Assembly: GCA_024704765.1 (NCBI GenBank)
Contig: JAKMXF010000328.1
Location: 185,260 to 249,259, forward strand
Reading direction: 5' to 3'
Source of the DNA: Oopsacas minuta
Lineage: Eukaryota; Animalia; Porifera
DNA length: 64,000 bases
Part shown: piece by piece, positions 13,540-24,189 of the stretch
How positions within the stretch are numbered: position 1 is the stretch's first letter
Layout: each line of letters opens with the position of its first letter
Notes under the pieces: generated by a model
Database searches by the model: none
The model's input: only the letters and a program-made list of their open reading frames with translations
Told to the model about the DNA's origin: nothing
Translations under genes and position numbers: made by a program

Positions 13540-14700
13540 GATGGTTGAGACGCTCAGTGGTCATTTGTGAGCCCAAACGTGTTTTATTCTCTTAACAGAT
13601 GAGAACATTCGCTCAACCTTGCAAGACGTCTGAGGGATAGTTACAAGAATTTGGTATAAGTTGAAAACATCAGGGAAAATATCTTTGTCAATCACATCCA
13701 GTACATCGATCAAAGTATTTAGCTGAGATTCATCTTTCCGAGCAATAAACGAACGGAAAACTTCTATTTCACAATCTTTGATATCTATTGCATACAGTTC
13801 AGATAGTGTATTCAATTCCTGTTTGTTAAGAAAGTTTTGAGTCCTTGGCAAGCAGCAATCAGCAGCCTTCATGATGCCTGATTGATCTGTACCAAAACGG
13901 GCATCCAATTCTGCTAAGATCTCGCGGACATTTTGGCGTACAATATTTCAAGCTCTTCAAAGTTGGATGCGTTTGTGTGTCTAACAGAGCTATTTAGACA
14001 TCCTTCTCTAAACATTTCTGGAAGACGCCGTTGCCTGATTGTGTCTCTTACATCAAAATTTTCGATTGCATATTTACCGGACAAACCCTTAACATATTCG
14101 ACAACCTAGTCAAAATCGAAATCGACCAACCTTTCCCTCAGATCGGCAAGTAATATCAAACAAGAAGAAACTGTTGCTGTCGACTTCTGAAAAGCTTTAG
14201 TGCAAAAATCAGAGTAATCATATAGCCTACCAAAGTAAACTAAAATGGTAATAAAAGAAGCACCTAACAACTCCTTCTTAGATGTATCTTTTACTTCGTC
14301 AGCTAGAATAGCATAACGAGACGCGATTTCTACTTCACTTTACATAGTCTAGAAGCACTGAAGCGAGTGATATAAACAAATCATTTTGAATATCTGGACT
14401 TAGCATTTTTGCATTTCCTGAAAGACTTTCTATCCTCTGGTCACATTGCTATCATATTCCCTAAAAATTCTAATATTTCAAGAAAGTTCCCTTTATTAAG
14501 CGACTGATCTGATTCATCATCTCCTCGAAGAGGAGTGTCTTGTTTGGCACAAAAAGTAATAATGTCAAGAACAGTCATTAAATGTTTCCGATTGTCATCT
14601 GTGAATTTCTCACTTCGAAAATTGGGATCCAGTTGCTTATCAACCGTCCCTATTTTTTGATGAATTGCCCAGACTTTCTGTGTTTCAACAGCTGTCATAT
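13540..14700 (-). mobile_element. Second ZMYM1-type hAT transposase remnant (internally deleted)
   Basis: ORF 14441-14698 has AKQDTPLRGDDES..NKGNFLEILEFL; ORF 13561-13908 has FPDVFNLYQILVTIPQTSCKVERMFSSVKRIK. Confidence 0.8.
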
Positions 14701-14702
14701 TA

Positions 14703-14784
14703 CAGTAGAACTCGCATATACCATACCGCCTCAGGGAAAATTAGTACCTACTAACCCAGTGTACGTTATATGCGAATTCTACTG
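14703..14784. mobile_element. 82-bp pogo-type mini-MITE
   Basis: cagtagaactcgcatatac / gttatatgcgaattctactg inverted pair; TA on the left, CA on the right. Confidence 0.65.
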
Positions 14785-15460
14785 CAAAAGCTAATTAAAT
14801 GAAGTGGATCTCAAGTATATGAAAATCGCCGGAAACTGTATATATGATGTTTTCATAACCGCATGAAATGTTTTATATACGGTAAGAATTCAATGCAGGG
14901 CAGCGACACTGGTCCGGTTGTATTAGAGTATCCTATTCAACCGGACCGCTTTCCAAGGAAGGTTAGGGTCACAAACCTGGTGGCGCCGGCCCTACAATAG
15001 AGTAGATTAGAAAAGAGTCGGTAAATCGAGTTAGGGTTCTTATAAACAGTATTCTTATATATCTGGCATCTACTGTGACGGAATCAGTTTATTTCGGAAA
15101 CAAAACTCCGCAATTCAAAAGATGTTAGTTCTAAAACAACTTGAAATTTAATAAATTATATTGTTTCACTATACTTACTTTCCAAATGTTGCATGTAATA
15201 TTAAAAAGAAATGCAGATCAACAAAAAGTACTGTACTAAATTAATCCATCAATTCCCCTTGTCATCGATTTTCCTATCATAGCTTGCAATCTAACATTCT
15301 TTGAAATTAAAAGTGAGGTCAGAGATACAGTCCGAAAATCCGTAATTCCACAAGCATGTACTTCATAATAAGCTGAAATAGGTTGTATACATAAGAGAGT
15401 GGTAGAAAATAGCATAGTTTACGCTATGTGGTTTCAATGATTAAATCAATTTTCTCCATA

Positions 15461-16799
15461 TAGGGTGTCCAGAAATTATTGGCCTATTCAATTCTAAAAT
15501 ATATTATGAAATGTAAGACATCAAAATGTCGGTTACTTTCCTATATACCTCCATTATGTCGTAAACATTTATTGATCCTTTTTACCATGCCTGCCACAGT
15601 ATTCTCTAGCCATTGGGGTTGGATATTTTCCATGCAATTTCGAGGTGATTTTCAGTTGTTCAACGTTATTTGGTTGCTTAATTTCGTCAATTGATTGTTT
15701 CAATATACCCCATATATTCTCTATTGGGTTTAAATCTGGTGAGTTACCAGGCCACTTATCCTTAGTCCAAAAGCTTGAAAATTGCTTTTTGCACCATTCT
15801 TGTACAACTATGGCCCTGTGAGCAGGAGCACCATCTTGCATGAAATGTGCCTCCGACCTTTTTAATACCAGTTTTCTCGAATAAATAGGCCCGTTTATTC
15901 TTCTTCTCTTGAGTGTATTAAGGTATGTACCTTCCAAAATATCTGAAACGTAGTATAACGCATTGACTGTTTGTTTTGGTGGAATAAAATGCAAGTCTGA
16001 TAATTAATCCTCGATAGCTCATCATGCCCCACACCATTATTTTTGGTGGATTCTTTATTGTCTCTCTAAGGAGAACATCCTGAGTACTGTGAGCCCAAAT
16101 ACGATCATTTTGCTAGTTACTCCAATGGAATAATTCAAATAGAGATTTATCTGACCACATAACTTTCTTCCAATCATTGACTGTCCAATCTTTCACTTTT
16201 TGACAGAATTTGAGTCTGGTTATCATCTGATTTTGAGTCAGCTTAGGTTTTTTCTGCCTTTGAAATGCCCTAACAGCTAATTGATTCCGTAAATAATTGT
16301 GTACAGTGCTCTTTGAAATCTGGTACCCCTTTAACTTCAATTTAGTCGACAATTTCCTAGTTGAGTGATATCTTTTACCCAACGATTTCACGATCACCAT
16401 TTTGGCCGCAATGTTCATTTTTTTAGGCCGTCCAGCACCTTTTCGATGTGTGAGACTATAATTTTGTTTGAATCGAAACCCCCAACGTCTGATTGTTCGA
16501 GCTCCCTTCTAAACCTACTTGCTACTGCTTTCTGATTTGTACCCGCTTCTAACAAACCAATTGCTCCAAATCAGATGTCGGAATCCATCAACACGACCTC
16601 AAAATAACAGAAATAAGGGTAAAATCTCAAAGTTGCTACATATACACAAAAATGTAGAAATTGCTTCATAGCCGCGAAAGATAGTATATTGGTAGATAAG
16701 AACATTAACAGAATCTTGTAGAAATACACTAAAACTACTTTATCTGATTAGTTCGACAAATGTTAACAATGGATTGGCCAGTAATTATTGAACACCCTG
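15461..16799 (-). mobile_element. Tc1-like transposon with DD37E spacing, defective
   Basis: TIRs (t/c)agggtgt(c/t)ca..aatta.tggcc with TA flanks. Motifs KVMWSDKS and QDGAPAH-x-WPGNSPDLNPIENIW, 37 residues between D and E. Confidence 0.9.
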
Positions 16800-16946
16800 T
16801 AGACTTTGACTTATAAGCTAGAATTGCTGTACTTTTTTGTTTCTTGACCGATTTTAGAAATCTTTAGCTCAATCTTCATCTCTAAACATGCTCTATAACG
16901 GCTCATATAGCGATTTTACCACTTTGCAAAAAGTTGGTGGTGTAAC

Positions 16947-17225
16947 CAGGGGTGTAGTGAGGGGGAGCGTGGGGGGAGCGGCGCTCCTTCACTTTAACTA
17001 GATTGTTGTTATTTTATTATAATATAGGGAGATCCACCCCGCTTTATGGGGTAACATCTGCGCCAAAGAAGGACAACATTATTTGGAAGTATTTTTAGCC
17101 TATATTACTCGTGATGTGGATTATAACATGTTTCGTTGTTAGAAATAACTTTGTTTTACCAATTTTTGCGTAATATATTCTTTTATAATCGCTCCTCCAC
17201 TAGAATTTTGAGCACTACACCCCTC
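16947..17225. mobile_element. hAT-type MITE (279 bp)
   Basis: TIRs caggggtgtagtg / cactacacccctc; 8-bp TSD GGTGTAAC / GGTATAAC (7 of 8). Confidence 0.8.
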
Positions 17226-18155
17226 GGTATAACATTCTATAATTGTACCCTGATTTTATAACCAAATACTGAATAGTTTTAGCGATAACAATGGCCCCGG
17301 TTGCTGCCCATAATTGGAGAATCGACAGTCCTTACAATTAAGAAGTCAACAAAATATGATAAATCCTCTGAGTGACAGCTGGGATGGCTAAATTCTAAGC
17401 GTCTTAACACAGAAATCAGAATATAACTAAGGAATCACAATAATTAAGATTTACGTTAATTAATATGGAGGGACAATGTGGCGTCATTCTATATTACTCA
17501 GAGGGAAGTGATGGTAACCTCCCAATTTTTTATCATAATGTGATTTCCGCTAGAGCAAGAATCATGATTGTTTAGAACCATCTCTCAACAATCCTTACGG
17601 CGTTATTCTACAATTCTTAAAAGTGAACTTCTACCGTATTCAACCCAAATTTTGTTAGAAAATTGTGCCCAATCAGGCTGAGGATGAATCACTCTTGCTC
17701 TATGATGTTTATTCCACCTAATGGGAAACCTTCAAGTCGATTCACACTTTTACAATACCAAAGATATTAATGCTTGTTCCGAGGACCTAATTTCAAAAAT
17801 GTATCCGGTACAATATATACTGTAAGTAAGAAAGTTTCATGTTCCAAAATTGGGGGCATTGCCCCCCCTGTCCTTCCCCATTGTTACGCCACAGTTGATT
17901 GATACTATTTTTGGTCTTATTCACAAAATTCTGTATCCAAATATTAATAATTTTTCTTCAGAATGGTCTGAGATTACAAAAAATGTTCTTATTCCAACTT
18001 CAAATTTTCATTCGATTAAATTCCACCATTGATAGTTTTCAACCAAATTCTGCATATGAATCGGAAATTTCAATATATATACACGTATATACCTACAGTG
18101 CTTTGAATTCTTATACGAGTTTTATCGTTTGTTTCTGTTTGTTTATTTAGTTATT

Positions 18156-18902
18156 ATGTCTTATTACGATGGAAAATTCTCTTATGGCCCACCACGTGAT
18201 TTAGAAAATATGGTAAGTTTGAAAGTAGATAATCTAACTTTCAGGACTACACCTGATGATTTATTACCTATTTTCGAGCGCTATGGTCGGGTTGGGGATA
18301 TCTATATCCCTCGAGATAGATATTCGAAGGAATCTCGTGGCTTTGCGTTTGTTAGATATTTTGATAGATTAGATGCAGAGGATGCCATGGATAGATTAGA
18401 TTGCTTCAAGGTTGATGGTCGTGAAATTCGGGTTCAGGTGGCTAGATATGCACGCCCTCGAGAATCCATTTATTCACCAAGTAGAACTCGTTTTCAGAGT
18501 CACCAAAATAGTTATCGTAAACGACGTCGTAGTTTATCATATTCCCCTCGTAGACATCGCCGCCTCACTCGGAGTAGATCACCTAATATAAACAAAAAGT
18601 ATACCAAACACTCTTTATCTCGCTCTAAATCCTACACTTCATCAAGAAGTCGTTCTCGTTCATCCTCCAAATCTAGCACTCATTCCAGGTCATCCAACTC
18701 TTCAATAACCAAAATAGGTTTTCCTGCCATTAGACAAAAAAAGGCTTTGATCAGTATTGACTCCAAAGATTCTGATAACGTTATTAATTCTACTACAGAT
18801 ATGAATCATAAACCTACAAATAAGCTTATCTATTCAAATCATCTTCCTTCTAACAGTTGCAAATCAGTTCCCAATATTTCCAAGGAAGGGCTATCCGACT
18901 AA
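18156..18902 (+). CDS. SRSF2: Serine/arginine-rich splicing factor 2 (SC35)-like protein, 248 aa, uninterrupted CDS
   Basis: [67 protein letters not shown] closely matches the SRSF2 RRM, followed by an RS-rich region. The ATG at 18156 is preferred over the TTG start of the ORF track. Confidence 0.93.
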   Translation: MSYYDGKFSYGPPRDLENMVSLKVDNLTFRTTPDDLLPIFERYGRVGDIYIPRDRYSKESRGFAFVRYFDRLDAEDAMDRLDCFKVDGREIRVQVARYARPRESIYSPSRTRFQSHQNSYRKRRRSLSYSPRRHRRLTRSRSPNINKKYTKHSLSRSKSYTSSRSRSRSSSKSSTHSRSSNSSITKIGFPAIRQKKALISIDSKDSDNVINSTTDMNHKPTNKLIYSNHLPSNSCKSVPNISKEGLSD

Positions 18903-20160
18903 AAACACTCTAACTTCCGGGACCAGGAGTATTCAATGGTCTTTGGAGCTAATGCTATTATTGACGATTCAATTGAGGTAGAATTTAGCGATAAATATCT
19001 TTGTGAATTATTGTTATTTGTTTATTGACCCAATGATATTTGTAATTTATTGTTTATTGCGCTGTAGTTAATTTTCTTTATGTTATGTTTAACATTATTG
19101 ATCGTTAACTGCATGTGTTATGTTCAAAAATACAAATTCATTGAATTTACTATTTTCAGCTATTCTTTCCCACTTCAACTCTCTTCGATAATTTAAATTT
19201 TTTCACCTCACTTTAATTTTTGTTCTTGCAATGTATAGTCCCTTCTATAATCCTCTTACTCAAATTCATTTTGTATATCATATGCATTCCATCCAACTAA
19301 TGGTCAAACCTGGATGAGTTGATGTTTTCAACCCAACCCATGCAAACTCGGAACCGCATGTATTTTGTCCTTAAAATTCTGACGATAGACAGGCGACAGT
19401 GATACGCTTTTAAATTTCTAATCTCAGCTTGGGCAGTTCCTTAAGAGTCCATAATTTTGAGGCAAATCTCACCCTGGAGTAATTATAACCAAAGGTCAGT
19501 AGAGGTTGAACTTGGTTAGAAAGCTGAGCCTCCGACACATGTTGGGTTGGTTTTGACATATACTTCCAACCGGCCAGGGATTCACTTAACTGGTATTTCT
19601 TTGTTCAGGCGTTCAAGGATTCACACAACTTGTGTCTATGTATTTCACTTGGAAGAGGGCTATTATAATGTGTTTCAGTTCTTAAAACATTGATTAAAAT
19701 TATTGAATCAGTACCACTAGGGCGTAGTACTGATTTGGCAATTTATACAGAATGTATATACGTTTAGGGAATCTGTGGGCAAGCAACTCTTGTATAGAAT
19801 TTTACAACGTTGATTATTTGAGAGCGAAATTGTTTAGATTTTACATAATACTATCGCGCTTCGCTTACTAAGTCGCTGCGGGCGTGCGGTCATATGCTCA
19901 ATACTTTGTCCATCGACTTTCGCTCAAGTATACAACGGCCAACTCTTTGTGGTTTTGTCGCTACACGATGGGATATACTCAGCACTATGTGCCTTATTGT
20001 AAAATTTGCGAAATTATACGAATAATGGAATTTATTATCCATGGTTCTTGTTAACTACTTTTAATAGCTTTTTGGGTTGACACTGGAGCTGCTGCGCAGT
20101 TTGGGGCATAGTCTACTAAATATAACTCGAAATTTTAGCACCAGGGATGCAGTATTAATT

Positions 20161-21077
20161 GAAAGCATTTATAGACATGGTTTCATTATTACCGGCAAAT
20201 GCATTTTGCCTTAATAAAGTATATTGCATTTTTGTAGGGCATCAAGTTTTATACAAATAAAATTTTTCAGGGATGTGTCAAAATATGTTATTAAGTAAGC
20301 ATTTATTTAGTAAAAATATCATTCTTTGGTGCATTGTTGAACGTTAAATATTGCGTTTATCAACTCAAAGTGAATAAATGAAATGATCCATAGATACTAT
20401 TATACAAAATGTTAAATATGTGTCAATCAAAAGTTGGCTCGTTGTTGAGTTACGGTAGAGACCATGGATGACGAATTTTTATGGATATTCAATCATAGCT
20501 CGAGAATCATAAAATTATTGTAAAATCAGAATAATCAATTTATACTATTAACCCGACTTCACATACCCTTGTGATACATTTTGATATGATATCTCGTACC
20601 AATGTGACGATGTCTATATTTGGACATTATCAAGATTCCGCAATAATTTTCAATTATTTCATATCAAAATGTATTACAACGGTGTGGAAGTCTTGTATAT
20701 GGTATAAATTGGTTAATTTTTTAACCATAACTTTAACGATTCTTTTATGATTGGGAGTTCATAAAATATTGCCATCCATAGTCTCTACCGTAACTCAGCA
20801 ACTTTTCACTACAAATCTTTGACATTTTGTATTGACATATCTATATATCATCTCATCTGTTCACTTTGAGTTGAGAGATACAATATTTAACGTTCAACGA
20901 GGCATCGAAGAAGGAGATACTTTGCTTATATATGCTTACTGACATATTTTGACACATTCCTGAAAGTTTTTAGCATTGATGGTATTCAATTTGATGGCCT
21001 ACAAATACTCAGGACATTAATTCTGGCAATTAGTGCACCTTTTCTACACTAAAGAAACCATGAATATAAAATGATTC
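20161..21077. repeat. ~0.9-kb imperfect palindrome (long-TIR/foldback non-autonomous element)
   Basis: Arms of ~430 bp match as reverse complements, e.g. gagttacggtagagaccatggatg (~20450) vs catccatagtctctaccgtaactc (~20775), and gttgaacgttaaatattg vs caatatttaacgttcaac. Spacer of ~70 bp near 20625. Confidence 0.8.
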
Positions 21078-21571
21078 AAAAATTTGGAGGTTATAGAAGA
21101 ACCTGGGGTCACTAAGGGAGGAATGCGATGTTGGATGTTGAGAAACACTGGCCTAAGAGCATCTTGTGGATTTTGGACTTGTATACGTTATCCGAAGTAA
21201 CATATAATATGTGATTTCTATGATGCAGAAAAGCTTTGCTTCAAGAATTGACTAGTTTAATTATGAAATTTTTCTGCATTCCTTTGCAAGTTTTAGTGAT
21301 TTCATATAAACTCTTATCATGAATATTATCAATCCAATTAAATTCATTAATTTCCAAATTATCTATCATTTGAGTTAAAACTTTCGACGCATCAGTGGAA
21401 GAAGAGTAGAGAGCCAGTAACTATTTAAATAGAACACAGCCAACAGCCAAGATATCTACTTATAATCAGCTGGCCAACCAAACACAATCTCTGGTGTATT
21501 ATTCCACCATGTAGATACATAACCAATAGATACTTCACTGGATGCCAAGCCAAAGTCTATTATCTTACAAA

Positions 21572-22412
21572 CAGTGGCGTAGCCACACCCGGGCCTGCCC
21601 GGGTAACTGACCGTCCGCCCCACTCGCAACTTTTTTTTTGTGCCTGGCCAATATTTTTAAAAAATGTATTTTTAACTGCTTGAACAAATTTCTTCCACTT
21701 ATAAATAAATAATTTTGTTGTGTTTCGATAATCCCAATGATTTCCATTTCCATTAATATCTTTTCACTTCGCATTATGATTTTACTGTTTAAACCCACTT
21801 GTTTTCTTTCGTATTTATTGATTCAATGATAAATCAATTAATTCAATCTTTGTTGAGCAAATATATTATTTTTATTATAATACTCACAGGGACCATCAAT
21901 TTGGAGAATAATGGATACCTCGAGACGCAATGCGCCCTGTTCATCGTGGAGCTACGAGACAAAAGCTCGTAAGAATATTAATATGTTGTTTACAATACCA
22001 TATTTGGACTCAGCACACTTGATTACCTCAGTATAGTTGTTGAAAGCATGTTTCTACCTCAATTTTGAAATTTTTTTATTTTATATTCATAAAACAACAA
22101 TAAATTTACATATCATTAATCCAAAAGTGTGAAAATCGGATTCCGCATGTTTGATATATTTAGCGAAGTTTTGTGAATTCTATTTACTCACTTGATAAAC
22201 TCGATGAATACATAGGTAGTTATGTTACAATTTCAAAATTGCATACCGTAAATCCTTTCCTTGACAACGGACAAACAAACAGATACACAAACAAATAAAC
22301 AAAGACAACAATTGAGATTTGATAATATAGATTATAGCATACATTGTATGTGTGTTATAAATCCAATCTTGGTCGTGGCCCGGGCAATCACTCAAGACTT
22401 GCGACACCACTG
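21572..22412. mobile_element. Non-autonomous hAT element inserted in the kinase pseudogene
   Basis: Termini cagtggcgtagc / gcgacaccactg (10 of 12 as inverted repeat); 8-bp TSD CTTACAAA / CTTATAAA (7 of 8). Kinase homology resumes on both sides. Confidence 0.8.
22240..22331 (-). mobile_element. Possible Helitron-like 5' terminus inside the hAT element
   Basis: Minus strand reads A|TCTATATTATC..TTTGTTTGTGTATCTGTTTGTTTGTCCGTT, resembling non-autonomous Helitron 5' ends. No matching 3' hairpin/CTAG was established. Confidence 0.35.
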
Positions 22413-22939
22413 CTTATAAATTCCATTATTATCAACTATTAAGTTATACGGGTTGATATCACGATGTATTACACCAGCAGGATGTATGTACAGTAACCCC
22501 TGCAAAGTTTGAGAAATACAAGATTGTATTTGACATCTGGTCAGAGGATTGGATTTAACGAGTTCATATAGCGTTCGGTGACAAAGTTCAAGAACCATAT
22601 AAATACTGATAGAAGAATCAGAAAAATTTTAGGAAAATGAGGATATTAATATATCGAGAATATTCGCAATATTTTTATGGGCAAAATGAAATAGAAGGGA
22701 TAATTCTATATAGAACATTAAAGCTCTATCAGCATAGTAATATATCATGGTACCCGAGTTATAATATTATCTCTTAGTAAAATAATTAATCTCACAATAA
22801 TGATGCTTTATCGATGCTCAAAGCATCTTAATGTAGCAATTGAGCATGCTTAAAGTAGTTTTTAATACCTCCAAATTTTAGAATATAAATACAGGCTTGC
22901 TCTAAACGGCTACTCAGGATTTTCTCGTTTTCATAGCCA

Positions 22940-23290
22940 ATATTGTTGTTTTTATGAATATAAAGTAAACAAATAGGTGAAATCTCCAAATATACATAGA
23001 GACTTGCTCTCAACAGACATATAGGGTAATCAGGTACGCTGATCCGAATTTTGAGATTTTAAGATTTCATATGCAAATTTATTGTTGTTTTTATGAATAT
23101 TAAGTACAAATAGTTGAAATCTTAAACTATACACCGAGACCTGCTATTACCGGCTATCATGGGGTAACGAAGTAAGTTGAAACTGATTTTAGTATTTTCA
23201 TATTTCTCTTATGTAAATTTATTTGTTGTTTTTATGACTATTACAGTAAACAAATAGTTGAAATCTTAACATTTACGTAGAGACCTGCTC
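22940..23290. repeat. Degenerate tandem repeat, ~140-bp unit, about 2.5 copies
   Basis: Motif ttgttgtttttatga..ta(a)acaaatag.tgaaatct..gagac.tgct recurs at about 22943, 23081 and 23223. Confidence 0.75.
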
Positions 23291-24189
23291 GGGTATTCCA
23301 CATCTTAAGTGAAAGTGTACAAGTTGTATATAGTTTTTCCATAGAACAACGCTTTCGAGAGCGTTCCATGCATTTATTAACTCGAAGACAATCTTGTTCT
23401 TGAGATGTTGTAGGAGACAATCCAAGTGAGGTGAATGCTTAGGAAATCCCTGGAGAAGTTGGATTAACTCCCCCCAATTTTCTCTCTTTCTTTCTCCACC
23501 AAATACTGGTCAGGCGTTCTATATTCAATACAAACTTTCGTGCGAGTTTTCAAAAATTAATCTTATTTCATACCAGTAAAGTGCAAATATATTTGTGTCA
23601 TATCCAGTATGGCGCTCTAATTTCCTCTCTTTACATTGGACAGAACCATGTACACCTACAAAAATATTTCTCGCTCATTCCATTTGGAGTTCAGATAGTC
23701 AACGTACACTTAAATAATTTGGAAAGGAGAAAACATGTAATTATATAGACTGTACAGGAAATCCCTCTACGCTTGAAAAAGAACTGTTGATTTACACCAC
23801 AAAATGTACATACTTTAAGAGTTTAGGTTGTTGAAATCATAATCAGTAAGTGTCTGAACTAAAATTCATGTACAAATCTACTAAATCCCTGTATGTCTGT
23901 ACAGTGCAACAGATATAGGCAAAATCTTGTACGGTTAGCCATTAGCAGTAAATTGTTTTTGAATTCCAAAGCAGTTAATTTAGCGAGATAGCATTGACTT
24001 TTAAAACTTAATTGACACAATGTACCAGTAACTTCCAAGTGTAAGACTCAATATTGGTGTGAAATATAACGAGGGCCCGGATAAAACTTAACCTGAGCCT
24101 GACAGTTCTATATAATGACAGAAGCGAATAGTATTTTTAAAAACAATAGTTGATATGAATGGAATTAAAACACATTCCATTCATATCAA

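Larger units (their letters stand above)
21150..22740 (-). pseudogene. p38-like MAP kinase (CMGC) pseudogene, uninterrupted by introns, disrupted by stops, frameshifts and a hAT insertion
   Basis: Minus strand: IELSLLFHFAHKNIANILDI..*..IYMVLEL..QTLQGLLYIHPAGVIHRDINPYNL (22413-22740). After removing 21572-22412 plus one TSD: CKIIDFGLASSEVSIGYVSTWW..PEIVFGW..VDILAVGCVLF. Confidence 0.8.

Noticed and set aside
14897-14996. Small hAT-like inverted pair (cagggcagcgacact / ggtggcgccggccct)
   Set aside because: Weak TIR match and no TSD; not enough support to call.
18975-18984. Possible 3'-UTR splice donor for SRSF2 NMD autoregulation
   Set aside because: GAG|GTAGAA is a weak donor and no partner acceptor can be assigned from sequence alone.
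22605-22625. Apparent splice acceptor at the start of the kinase HRD ORF
   Set aside because: Kinase homology (ELSLLFHFAHKNIANILDI) continues upstream in the same frame past one stop, so this is contiguous coding relic, not an intron boundary.
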